The notes beneath the pieces are model-generated. The model was not told the origin of the DNA and made no database searches. It worked only from the letters and a program-made list of their open reading frames with translations. Positions 1 through 8,859 of a stretch of 33,874 nt of DNA are shown one piece after another (positions within the stretch are counted from its first letter, which is position 1; each line of letters opens with the position of its first letter). The position numbers and the translations under genes are program-made. The stretch is from an uncultured delta proteobacterium (lineage in GTDB: Bacteria; Desulfobacterota; Syntrophobacteria; BM002). The stretch spans positions 1 to 33,874 of the forward strand of contig CAVQGX010000029.1 in assembly GCA_963712115.1 (NCBI GenBank), read 5' to 3'.

Positions 1-62
1 TAAAGCGGAGCGCTCCTCCAACCTCCAACTCTATGCTCTGAAATCCAATAGATGAGGAGGAC

Positions 63-566
63 TTGGAACCGATGAGCGGTAAGGGGGAACTGACACCACT
101 CGAGAAAAAAATAATCCACGAGTTGCAGCAAGATCTTCCGGTCATAAGCCGACCTTTTGCTGAAGTGGCGGAGAAAGTTGGAATCAGCGAAACTCAACTA
201 TTGGAAAAGGTGCGCGAATTTGTTGCCAAAGGGACTATCCGACGTTTCGGAGCTACTTTGAGGCACCAACGCTCAGGATTTGACGCCAATGCCATGGTGG
301 TTTGGGAAGTGGCGCCCGAGAGGACTGAGGAAGTAGGTGCTATCTTCGCTTCATTCCGAGAAGTCAGCCACTGTTATCAGAGGCCGGCGTTACCAAATTG
401 GCCTTACCGGCTATTCACCATGATCCACGGATCATCCCGAGAAGTTTGCCAAGAAATCGCGCAGAGGATGGCAGATGCAGCAGGGGTCGAAAACTACGAA
501 CTGCTCTTTACCGAAGAGGAACTAAAAAAAACCACCATGGCCTATTTTGGCGATTCGGAAGATTAA
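63..566 (+). CDS. ahbB: Siroheme decarboxylase beta subunit (AhbB/NirH-like, Lrp/AsnC fold), alternative heme biosynthesis
   Basis: N-terminal HTH (LQQDLPVISRPFAEVAEKVG), IRRFGATLRH, VSHCYQRP and WPYRLFTMIHG motifs typical of AhbB/NirH; adjacent to hemL. RBS GAGGAGG at 54-60; the start may be ATG 72. Confidence 0.85.
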   Translation: MEPMSGKGELTPLEKKIIHELQQDLPVISRPFAEVAEKVGISETQLLEKVREFVAKGTIRRFGATLRHQRSGFDANAMVVWEVAPERTEEVGAIFASFREVSHCYQRPALPNWPYRLFTMIHGSSREVCQEIAQRMADAAGVENYELLFTEEELKKTTMAYFGDSED

Positions 567-609
567 TCCGGCAATTGAGAGGTGGAAGCAGTTAGCACAA
601 GTGGACTTA

Positions 610-792
610 GGTCATTAGGCTTCGCCGTCATTACGCCCTGCTGTCATTTGGGCTTACAGCCCGTCATTTATTGCCACTCTTCTCCGGCTTTATTCGGACT
701 AATCGACCGTTATCGGGTAATATGATGACCTACTATGAGTGACAGCGAAGCGTAGTGACGGCCACGTTAGTGGCCAAATGACTATAAATGAC
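610..792. repeat. Intergenic structured repeat: GTCATT units opposed by ATGAC/GTGAC units, with small hairpins
   Basis: GTCATT at 611, 627, 643 and 663, then complementary units at about 725-792; 610-633 matches 5138-5161 at 23/24 nt. Confidence 0.7.
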
Positions 793-847
793 ATTGAAGA
801 TTAATGAGGCTATTGACGGACGAAAAGGATAATGGGAGGAGGAAGTA

Positions 848-2131
848 ATGGCTCAGGATAGCAGCGAGCGGTTGTATCGGCAGGCAGAACAAATAATCCC
901 TGGTGGGGTGAACAGCCCAGTCCGTTCATGCCGCGCAGTGGGTACACATCCTTTGTTTATCGCTAGGGGGCTGGGTTCGAAGATTTTCGACGTTGATGGT
1001 AATACTTACATCGATTATGTGGGCTCCTGGGGTCCACTGATTCTTGGCCATGCTCATCCCGAGGTGGTGGAGGCTATTAAAACAGCAGCTGAACTGGGAA
1101 CCAGCTTCGGTATTCCCACTGCGCTGGAAGTTGAGTTGGCCCAAATGATTACCAAACTGGTTCCCTCCATGAAAATGGTACGGATGGTTAATTCCGGCAC
1201 CGAGGCCACAATGAGCGCCATCCGGCTGGCCCGAGGTTACACGGGGAGGAGCAAGATCATCAAGTTTGATGGATGCTACCACGGTCATGCGGACACGCTA
1301 CTCGTAAAAGCGGGCTCTGGAGCCGCAACTCTTGGCATACCTGGTAGTGCGGGGGTCCCAGCTGATTTCGTCCAGCATACTTTGTCACTGAGGTTCAATG
1401 ATCTGGACCAGGTAGCAGCGGTTATGCAAGCGCAAGGAAAAGAGGTGGCGGCCATCATACTCGAGCCGGTAGCAGGTAATATGGGCGTTGTTCCACCCAA
1501 ACCTGGTTTTCTCGAAGGTCTCAGGCACTGGTGTAACGAGACCGGAACCTTGCTGATTTTCGACGAAGTAATGACCGGCTTCCGTCTGGCCCTGGGTGGA
1601 GCGCAGGAACTTTATGGCGTCCAGCCAGATCTTACCTGTCTTGGGAAGGTTATTGGCGGCGGGTTGCCCGTAGGAGCCTATGGAGGACGCCGTGATATTA
1701 TGAGCCAGGTTGCTCCCCTGGGTGAGGTTTATCAAGCCGGTACTCTATCAGGCAATCCTTTGGCAGTTACTGCTGGCTTGACAACCTTGAGGCTATTGAA
1801 CAAGCCTGGTGTTTACGACGAACTGGAAGAGCGTTCCAACTACCTATTTAACGAGATGAGTCGGCTGGCAGCGAAGCACAAGGTGGTTTCCACCATGAAT
1901 AGAGTAGGCTCCATGGGGTGTCTCTTTTTTACTGAGCAAAGGGTGGTTGATTTCGACTCCGCTCAAACTGCCGACACCCAGAAATTTGCCCATATGTTTT
2001 GCGCCATGTTAGAGAGGGGCGTATACCTGGCTCCATCCCAGTTCGAGGCGGCCTTCGTCAGTCTGGCCCACGATCAGGAAGACATCGATAAGACACTGGC
2101 GGCAGCGGACGAAGTTTTTAAGGAGATTTAA
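848..2131 (+). CDS. hemL: Glutamate-1-semialdehyde 2,1-aminomutase
   Basis: [27 protein letters not shown] and [16 protein letters not shown] (PLP lysine) motifs; 427 aa; RBS GGAGGA. Confidence 0.97.
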   Translation: MAQDSSERLYRQAEQIIPGGVNSPVRSCRAVGTHPLFIARGLGSKIFDVDGNTYIDYVGSWGPLILGHAHPEVVEAIKTAAELGTSFGIPTALEVELAQMITKLVPSMKMVRMVNSGTEATMSAIRLARGYTGRSKIIKFDGCYHGHADTLLVKAGSGAATLGIPGSAGVPADFVQHTLSLRFNDLDQVAAVMQAQGKEVAAIILEPVAGNMGVVPPKPGFLEGLRHWCNETGTLLIFDEVMTGFRLALGGAQELYGVQPDLTCLGKVIGGGLPVGAYGGRRDIMSQVAPLGEVYQAGTLSGNPLAVTAGLTTLRLLNKPGVYDELEERSNYLFNEMSRLAAKHKVVSTMNRVGSMGCLFFTEQRVVDFDSAQTADTQKFAHMFCAMLERGVYLAPSQFEAAFVSLAHDQEDIDKTLAAADEVFKEI

Positions 2132-2342
2132 TCCAGCGGGCAACGAGCTGCTGGCAGTGGGGAATAGGGACCAGGTAAAAGTAACTGCGAGACCAGCTAA
2201 ACTGGCGAGACGGGGGAATAGTCTACTGTGTTTTCATCCACGTCTCACTCGACCTCCAGTCTCGCACGACCTCCCGTCTCGTAGCGCAGAACGTATCGTT
2301 CTGCGCTTTGTTCGCGAACGAAATTCTTTTCACAAAAAACCG

Positions 2343-2371
2343 TTGACTTTCCCCAGGTGCTGTGGTAGGGA
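2343..2371 (+). promoter_or_regulatory. Possible sigma70 promoter of the atp Fo operon
   Basis: TTGACT-N17-TAGGGA, with TG just upstream of a weak -10 box. Confidence 0.35.
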
Positions 2372-2373
2372 AG

Positions 2374-2393
2374 TACGTGAAGTTTTACACGAA
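2374..2393. promoter_or_regulatory. Putative Rex operator
   Basis: TACGTGAAGTTTTACACGAA resembles the Rex palindrome TTGTGAA-N4-TTCACAA; it lies just downstream of the putative promoter of an operon that ends in rex. Confidence 0.6.
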
Positions 2394-2423
2394 CTCTGTT
2401 GCTGTCTTCGAGCAGTTTAATTC

Positions 2424-2681
2424 GTGGGCAGGGGCCAGGCTGGGAAGAGAGAGGTGGCCTTCATGAAAGAAGACACCAGGCAGGCTCTCAAACTGGTCGG
2501 GCTCGCCAGCACTCTGGGACTAACCATAGTCATTGCCACCTTCATCGGACTGGCCTTGGGACTCTGGTTAGACAGGGTGTTTAATACCAGCCCGTGGCTT
2601 ACCGTAATATTTCTCATACTTGGTATTATTGCAGGATTTCGTAATTTTTACCGTTTTATGTCCAAACGCGCCAAGGAGTGA
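2424..2681 (+). CDS. atpZ: AtpZ/AtpI family ATP synthase accessory protein (likely start ATG 2463)
   Basis: Two TM helices, GLWLDRVFNTSPW and GIIAGFRN motifs; first gene of the Fo cluster. Confidence 0.85.
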   Translation: MGRGQAGKREVAFMKEDTRQALKLVGLASTLGLTIVIATFIGLALGLWLDRVFNTSPWLTVIFLILGIIAGFRNFYRFMSKRAKE

Positions 2682-3097
2682 GGGTCATCTCTGGCCCAGC
2701 CACTATGCTTATAAAAGATGAGGCCCTGATTAAGAGGATTGAACTATTCAACTGGGTCCTGTTAGCACTTCTCACAAGTAGTAGTTTCGTTTTCTCATCC
2801 CGAGAATTTAGTTTTGGGGTCCTGGTCGGAGGGATATTGGCAATCGCCAATTTCTATTTGATGAAGCGCAGTCTGTTCAGGGCCCTAGATCCACAAAGAA
2901 CAGGAAAGACCCGCTTTTTCTATTTGCTCAAGTACTACCTGCGCTTTGCAGCGCTGGGACTGATTATAGCCTTGTTGCTGATCAAGGGGTGGGTAAGCCC
3001 CTTTGGTATGTTGTTGGGTTTATCAATAATAGTTCTTGGCATTGCGCTGGTAGGTATTGACGAGGCGCGAAAATTCTTTTTCAAGGGGGTAGTCTAG
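2678..3097 (+). CDS. atpI: ATP synthase subunit I-like membrane protein (likely start ATG 2705)
   Basis: Four hydrophobic helices, GG..AIANF and YYLRF motifs; lies between atpZ and atpB. Confidence 0.8.
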   Translation: MRVISGPATMLIKDEALIKRIELFNWVLLALLTSSSFVFSSREFSFGVLVGGILAIANFYLMKRSLFRALDPQRTGKTRFFYLLKYYLRFAALGLIIALLLIKGWVSPFGMLLGLSIIVLGIALVGIDEARKFFFKGVV

Positions 3098-3100
3098 GCC

Positions 3101-3823
3101 ATGGAACACCCGATAATCTTTCTGAATCTCCTTTTTACAAAACTTGGTCTACCTATTGTTCACGATTTCGCTGAAGCCCACACCTTTCTGCAGAAGATAC
3201 TCCTGCCCTATGTGACCTATACCTGGTTGATCATGATCGGTTTGGTGATCCTGGTCAAACTGACGGTCCGCAAGATCGAACTGGTTCCCAAGGGAGGGCA
3301 GAATGTCTTCGAGGTTGTGATCAACGGCATCGAGGAGTTCATGGTTAGCGTTACCGGGGAGGAGGGCCGTTACCTGTTCCCATTGATAGGCACGCTGGCG
3401 TTCTTCATTCTGATCAGTAACTACATGGGAATGATCCCGGGCTTCTTCGGTCCTACTGCCAACGTCAACACCACCGCAGCGTGTGCCATAATAGTGGTTG
3501 TCTACACCCACGTAATCGGTGTCAAGTTCCATGGACCTGCATACATAAAACATTTCATGGGGCCGATCTGGTGGCTGTCACCCCTTATCTTCGTTGTAGA
3601 GGTTATCGGTCACATTGCCCGCATTCTCAGCCTGTCCATCCGACTTTTTGGCAACATCTTCGGCGAGGAGCTGGTGCTCGCCATCCTCATGTTTCTGGCG
3701 GGTCTTTATTTGGCTCCGTTACCGGTGATGTTCTTGGGTCTGTTTACCGGCGGCGTGCAGGCCTTTATTTTCTGCCTGCTTTCCATGATGTACTTCGCCG
3801 GCGCTATTGAACATGCCCACTAA
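3101..3823 (+). CDS. atpB: FoF1 ATP synthase subunit a
   Basis: SLSIRLFGNI (essential Arg), PTANVN and QAFIF motifs. Confidence 0.97.
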   Translation: MEHPIIFLNLLFTKLGLPIVHDFAEAHTFLQKILLPYVTYTWLIMIGLVILVKLTVRKIELVPKGGQNVFEVVINGIEEFMVSVTGEEGRYLFPLIGTLAFFILISNYMGMIPGFFGPTANVNTTAACAIIVVVYTHVIGVKFHGPAYIKHFMGPIWWLSPLIFVVEVIGHIARILSLSIRLFGNIFGEELVLAILMFLAGLYLAPLPVMFLGLFTGGVQAFIFCLLSMMYFAGAIEHAH

Positions 3824-3934
3824 AATGCCAACTTTTGGCGAGTTCAAGGACAGGGAGAAACCGAAAGGGTTGGGAAGAAGGTCGTAGTAGGAAGAAGGCC
3901 ATATTAATAAATAAAAACAAGGAGGGCTTTTTGC

Positions 3935-4309
3935 ATGAAAAGGAAAGTTCTGTTTCTGACACTGGTGCTGGTTCTGGGTTTCGCCGCGTTGGCTTTTGCG
4001 GCAGAGGCGACGGAAGCTGAGAAGGTTATGGGTCTTAGGTTCTTCCTGTACTCTGCCACGGCAGCTGGTTTCTCCATTGCCATCTCTTCTATCGGCTGTG
4101 GTCTTGCCCAGGGAATCTCCATTAAGAGTTCGGTGGAAGGCGTTGCCCGCAATCCCGAGGCCTCTGGTAAAATCACTGTGACCATGATGATCGGTCTGGC
4201 GATGATCGAGTCCCTTTGTATTTATACCTTGGTTATCTGCCTGATCCTGATCTACGCAAACCCGGTGTCCAAGCTCATCCAGGGTTTTGTGGGGCTAGTT
4301 GCCCACTAG
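3935..4309 (+). CDS. atpE: FoF1 ATP synthase subunit c with N-terminal signal-like extension
   Basis: ARNPEA loop and IESLCIY with the ion-binding Glu; extra N-terminal hydrophobic segment ending ALAFA. Confidence 0.95.
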   Translation: MKRKVLFLTLVLVLGFAALAFAAEATEAEKVMGLRFFLYSATAAGFSIAISSIGCGLAQGISIKSSVEGVARNPEASGKITVTMMIGLAMIESLCIYTLVICLILIYANPVSKLIQGFVGLVAH

Positions 4310-4333
4310 TAGCTAAACTGCGGGTAAACGGCC

Positions 4334-4365
4334 GGGGGATTGATCAGGAAGTTGGTCAATCCCCC
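4334..4365 (+). terminator. Stem-loop between atpE and rex (mRNA-stabilising or partial terminator)
   Basis: GGGGGATTGATCA / TGGTCAATCCCCC 13-bp stem including one G-U pair; no U-tract. Confidence 0.5.
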
Positions 4366-4400
4366 TGTCACCCTCTAAATCGAGATCGGCGTGACCGCCG

Positions 4401-5060
4401 ATGTTACAACAGGATTGTGAGGTTATGAAGTTCGCTAAGATTCCCATGGCCACGATCAACCGGCTGTCTATCTATTTGAGAAATCTAGACGAATTGATGA
4501 CCAATGATGTCGAGGTGATCTCTTCAGAGCGCTTGGCCAAGCAGTGTGGGGTGAATCCAGCCCAGATTCGTAAGGACCTGGCGTACTTCGGTGAATTTGG
4601 AGTGAGGGGGGTTGGCTATAGAGTCAAGGACCTCTACTCTCAAATCAAGGAGATACTCGGTCTCGATCGCCCGTGGAACATGGCATTGTTCGGAGTAGGC
4701 AATCTGGGTTCAGCCCTTATCCGCCATGCCAACTTTTTAAAGCATGGATATCGCTTTGTGGCTGCCTTTGATTTGGATTCTGCAAAAATCGGCAAGAGGC
4801 TGCCCAATGGCCTTGTCATCGAGCACGTTGACCGCTTTGAGGAATTAGTAAAAGAACGCAACGTTGAAATGGGCATTATCGCTGTGCCGCCTGCGTCCGC
4901 CCAGAGTGTGGCAAACCAGCTCATTCTTGCTGGAATCAACGGAATTTTGAATTTCTCTCCGGTTCAGATCCAGGTACCTGACTGCTGTCGAGTGGAAAAC
5001 GTAGATTTCTCAATCAAGCTAGACAATCTCGCTTACCATATTTCTTCGACCAGCACCTAA
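4401..5060 (+). CDS. rex: Redox-sensing transcriptional repressor Rex (likely start ATG 4425)
   Basis: IP.ATINRL.IY, QIRKDLAYFGEFGVRGVGY winged helix, and GVGNLG Rossmann motif. Confidence 0.96.
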   Translation: MLQQDCEVMKFAKIPMATINRLSIYLRNLDELMTNDVEVISSERLAKQCGVNPAQIRKDLAYFGEFGVRGVGYRVKDLYSQIKEILGLDRPWNMALFGVGNLGSALIRHANFLKHGYRFVAAFDLDSAKIGKRLPNGLVIEHVDRFEELVKERNVEMGIIAVPPASAQSVANQLILAGINGILNFSPVQIQVPDCCRVENVDFSIKLDNLAYHISSTST

Positions 5061-5137
5061 ATGGCCCGCCAACCGTCAGGTGACCAAAGCCTTCCGTCGG
5101 TGGCGCGATCCGTGTGGTCTGCGATCCACTATTATCG

Positions 5138-5290
5138 GGTCATTTGGCTTCGCCGTCATTAGGCCTTTCGGCCGTCACTTATGGTCATTTGTAGTCAATT
5201 GCCTTCGGCGTCATTCATGGTCGCTCATTTTTTCATGACAATAAATGACAGCGAAGAGCAGTGACAGCGTAGCGTAATGACCTAGTGATT
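5138..5290. repeat. Second copy of the GTCATT/AATGAC structured repeat, between convergent rex and uvrA
   Basis: GGTCATTTGGCTTCGCCGTCATTA and GACAGCGAAG...AGTGAC are shared with 610-792; contains TTCG/TTTC-capped mini-hairpins. Confidence 0.7.
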
Positions 5291-5291
5291 A

Positions 5292-7763
5292 CTAGGTTAA
5301 CACCCGGTGTAGGTATCTTCCGGTATGCGATTCGGGTATTTCTGCTATTTCCTCCGGCGTTCCGGTGCCCACAATCCTTCCACCCTCTGTCCCTCCTTCA
5401 GGCCCAAGATCAATGACGAAGTCTGCGGTTTTAATAACATCAAGGTGATGCTCTATGACCACGACTGTGTTGCCCACTTCCACCAGGTGATTTAGAACAT
5501 AGAGGAGCTTTTTGATGTCGTCGAAATGCAGACCTGTGGTGGGTTCGTCCAGTAGATACAGGGTTCTGCCGCGACTACGCTTGCTGAGTTCCCGGGACAG
5601 CTTTATTCTCTGCGCTTCACCGCCAGACAATGTTGTGGCTCCCTGGCCGAGTTTGAGATAGCCAAGCCCGACTGCCTGCAAGGTGGAAAGCTTGTCTTTG
5701 ATAGCAGGGATGTTGACAAAAAACCTGAGGGCCTCGTTGATAGTCATGTCCAAGATTTGCCAGATGTTTTTCCCCTTGTAAATGATTTCAAGGGTATCTC
5801 GGTTAAAACGGAGACCATTGCACTGATCACAGGTAACATAAACATCTGGCAAGAAATGCATTTCCACTTTGAGAATACCTTGACCACTACAGGCTTCACA
5901 GCGGCCGCCCTTGACGTTGAAACTGAAACGACCGGCCCTGTATCCCCTTGCCCGAGCCTCAGGTACCTGTGCCAGGAGGTTGCGGATCTGGTTGAAGACG
6001 CCGGTATAGGTGGCCGGGTTAGACCTGGGGGTGCGACCGATTGCGCTCTGATCAATGTGAACAACCTTATCTATTCTTTCGAGACCCAGAATTCGTGCAT
6101 GAGCGCCAGGATATTTTCGAGCCCGGTGCAGAGATTTTGCAGCGGCACGGTGAAGAGTGTCCAGGATTAAGCTGCTTTTCCCCGATCCGGATACGCCAGT
6201 AACACAGGTGAATAGACCAACGGGGACAGATGCGGTTATGTTCTGGAGATTGTTGGCACTGGCCCCTTCGATGGTAATAAAGCCCCGTTGGGGTATGCGC
6301 CTCTTGAATGGCAAGGGTATGCTCAACCTGCCGGAGAGGTATTGGCCCGTAAGAGAGTCCGGGTGTTGACTGATAAGTTCCGGCTTGCCACTAAAAACAA
6401 GATAGCCGCCGTGATCACCGGCACCAGGCCCGACGTCAATGACATAGTCCGCCGCCATAATGGTCTCGGTGTCGTGTTCCACAACCAATACGGTATTGCC
6501 CTGATCCCGAAGGGTCTTGAGAGTGTCCAGTAGACGGTTGTTGTCCCGCTGGTGCAGGCCAATGCTCGGCTCGTCCAGGATGTAGAGCACACCCACGAGT
6601 CGGGAGCCGATCTGGGTGGCAAGACGAAGACGCTGGGCCTCTCCACCTGAAAGCGTAGTGGAGGCGCGATGGAGACTTAGATAAGAAAGCCCCACCTGGG
6701 CAAGAAATTCCAGCCGCTGCCGGACTTGGCTGAGCAAGCGATTGGCCACAGGAGCCTGCTGGGTCGAAAAACGCAGTTTACTGAGCCATTCATTCAGGCC
6801 GGTAATGTCCAGGCTGCTAACCTGATAGATGTTCATATCCTCGATGGTTACTGCCAGGGATTCCTGCCGCAAGCGGGCACCTTTACAACTGGGACAAACT
6901 CCTTCTCTTTCTATCACTACCCCGAGACCTGAGCAGTCAGGGCAGGCGCCAAGGGCGCTGTTAAAGCTAAAGAGTTGAGGAGAAGGCTCCACCATTTTCA
7001 GGTTGCAGGAGTGGCAGATAGGTTGGTCAGTGAAATCCCAGTCGTCCCCATCAAGAATGGCCAATCTAGCTCTACCTTCACCAGTCCTGAGTGCAAGTTC
7101 CATAGAATCTGTTATCCGCCTGACACCGTCAGACCGAACCACTAGTCGGTCCACAACTACTTCGATTCGCGGATTTGGATCAGGGTCGAGCTGAATGGGT
7201 TCGTCAAGATCAAGGACAATGCCATTTACCCGGACTCGAACGAATCCCTCACGGCGTAACCGGCTAAAGAGATGCCTTGGCTTACTTTTACGGTGCATTG
7301 CAAGGGGGGAAAGTATGAGAATGCGAGTGTTTTCTGGCAAGGTAAGGATCCTGTCCACCATTTGCTGAATGGTCATGGCCTGGATCTTCTCGCCGCAGCC
7401 GATGCAGTGAGGCTGACCTACCCTGGCAAAGAGTACCCTCAAATAGTCATATATTTCTGTAATGGTTCCGACGGTAGAGCGGGGGTTTTTACTCGCGGTC
7501 TTCTGTTCAATGGCAATGGCCGGACTCAGACCCTCGATTGAGTCCACATCAGGCCGGTCCATTCGCTCCAGAAACTGCCGAGCATAGGAGGAGAGCGATT
7601 CCACGTAACGCCTCTGGCCCTCGGCATACAAGGTGTCGAAGGCTAGGGAAGACTTACCAGAGCCGCTAATCCCGGTGATTACTACCAGACTATTGCGGGG
7701 TATATCGACGTCGATATTTTTGAGATTGTGCTGTCGCGCACCGCGAACTACGATCTTTTCCAT
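5292..7763 (-). CDS. uvrA: Excinuclease ABC subunit A lacking the insertion domain (ATG 7763, 823 aa; ORF track extends it to 7784)
   Basis: [10 protein letters not shown], two Walker A motifs ([18 protein letters not shown]), two LSGGEAQR signatures, CxxC zinc ligands; UvrB-binding region present. Confidence 0.93.
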   Translation of the reverse strand: MEKIVVRGARQHNLKNIDVDIPRNSLVVITGISGSGKSSLAFDTLYAEGQRRYVESLSSYARQFLERMDRPDVDSIEGLSPAIAIEQKTASKNPRSTVGTITEIYDYLRVLFARVGQPHCIGCGEKIQAMTIQQMVDRILTLPENTRILILSPLAMHRKSKPRHLFSRLRREGFVRVRVNGIVLDLDEPIQLDPDPNPRIEVVVDRLVVRSDGVRRITDSMELALRTGEGRARLAILDGDDWDFTDQPICHSCNLKMVEPSPQLFSFNSALGACPDCSGLGVVIEREGVCPSCKGARLRQESLAVTIEDMNIYQVSSLDITGLNEWLSKLRFSTQQAPVANRLLSQVRQRLEFLAQVGLSYLSLHRASTTLSGGEAQRLRLATQIGSRLVGVLYILDEPSIGLHQRDNNRLLDTLKTLRDQGNTVLVVEHDTETIMAADYVIDVGPGAGDHGGYLVFSGKPELISQHPDSLTGQYLSGRLSIPLPFKRRIPQRGFITIEGASANNLQNITASVPVGLFTCVTGVSGSGKSSLILDTLHRAAAKSLHRARKYPGAHARILGLERIDKVVHIDQSAIGRTPRSNPATYTGVFNQIRNLLAQVPEARARGYRAGRFSFNVKGGRCEACSGQGILKVEMHFLPDVYVTCDQCNGLRFNRDTLEIIYKGKNIWQILDMTINEALRFFVNIPAIKDKLSTLQAVGLGYLKLGQGATTLSGGEAQRIKLSRELSKRSRGRTLYLLDEPTTGLHFDDIKKLLYVLNHLVEVGNTVVVIEHHLDVIKTADFVIDLGPEGGTEGGRIVGTGTPEEIAEIPESHTGRYLHRVLT

Positions 7764-7874
7764 TTCGCCTTTCTCATTGCACATCTCACATTTTTCATTA
7801 AGGTCCCCAAAACCTGGTCCTTTGCGCTAGGTCAAAGGTAGATGGCTTTGCCGGTGAAGATTGCTAGCTGTTTT

Positions 7875-8057
7875 GGAGTACTGGAACATCAGAAATTTCA
7901 AATCACAAATCACAAATATCAAACAAATCACAATGACCAAAATTCGAAATTCCAAACCTGTTTCGTGTTTTGGTCATTGAGTATTGGAATTTGAGATTTG
8001 TTTGTAATTTGGTGCTTGGAGTTTGGGATTTCACTATTTCACTACTCCATTACTCCA
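7875..8057. repeat. Long imperfect inverted repeat built from about 7-nt units (MITE-like hairpin)
   Basis: AAATTTCAAATCACAAAT...AATGACCAAAA pairs with TTTTGGTCATT...TTTGGGATTTC; nested inside GGAGTA.TGGA / TCCATTACTCC arms. Confidence 0.7.
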
Positions 8058-8098
8058 GCTGACTCACGCATCAAGGAAAGATAGGCTCTGGAGCCAGT

Positions 8099-8171
8099 TC
8101 AAAGCCAGGTCCTCCCTCCGGGCCGTAGGCACTCTGGGCCGGAGGCTGGGCCTGGATTCTTTACTTAGTAA
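8099..8171 (-). repeat. Dispersed repeat, copy A, with a ~31-nt hairpin insert
   Basis: Reverse complement reads TTACTAAGTAAAGAATCCAGGCCC...GGACCTGGCTTTGA and matches 32287-32327 apart from the insert at 8115-8145. Confidence 0.7.
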
Positions 8172-8403
8172 TTAGATGGAGAAAAGATGATTATACAAAA
8201 TCAGGATGTAAAGAGGAATCGGGTAGTGGTTGTTCATTTTCTATCCGAGCAAAATCTTCCTCTCTCCCTGAGAAGGGAAGGCAAACAGGTGGAAAGTCAG
8301 CTAACTACCATATACGGTAGCAGTTTCTCGAACGACAAAGTTTAGATTAAAGTATGTTATATGAAGTCCCACTGGAATGGTGGGAGAGTTTACATTATAA
8401 CGC

Positions 8404-8859
8404 CTATAAGGCCTCCTCTTGTCAACGGATAAACGTCTCCCAGGAACGAAAAAGTTCTTTTTTCGTCAAACAACTTTGATGATGCCGTAACAAGGCTCAG
8501 CGTTCCGATTTTGTTTCCCGATCAGGTTTGCAGATACCGTGTCTGCACCAAACGCCTATTGAGGGTCATCTCCCGCTCAATGCGGGAGCACGGGCCCAGT
8601 TGCATTAAGGCCCGCACTTAGAAATCTATCCGTACCCGTATGCCGGCCCCTTCGATATGGCGGGCTCAGGTGAGTCACCAGTCCCAGTTACTGTGTGGGC
8701 TCGGGGACGGAGCAGAACACGGAAACCACTGTACCGACATCATACTTATATAAACTGACTGGGGCCAGGGTGTGTGTCCAATCGCTTTAGAAGGGCTCGA
8801 CAGACTGTCCCTGTCATGGTCCAGTTATAAGTAGGGCTCACACACTCCGCCCCAAGCTT
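8404..8859 (-). ncRNA. Predicted bridge/seek RNA region of the IS1111-type element (exact ends unknown)
   Basis: About 450-nt non-coding right end with segments matching target and donor junctions: TTATAAC (8830-8824), TAAAGCG (8789-8783), ATAGGCG (8559-8553), GTATC (8537-8533). Confidence 0.75.

Noticed and set aside
610-792. Periodic repeats here and at 33107-33420 as CRISPR arrays
   Set aside because: Units are 6-10 nt with no 23-47-nt direct repeats or unique spacers, and there are no cas genes.
8187-8345. 52-codon ORF (MIIQNQDVKRNRVVVVHF...) with a GGAG RBS
   Set aside because: Short, has no recognisable motif and lies between repeats and the IS; cannot be supported without homology.
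8394-8425. Outward hybrid promoter TTGACA...TATAAT at the IS right junction, pointing toward uvrA
   Set aside because: The spacer is 20 bp, too long for a sigma70 promoter.
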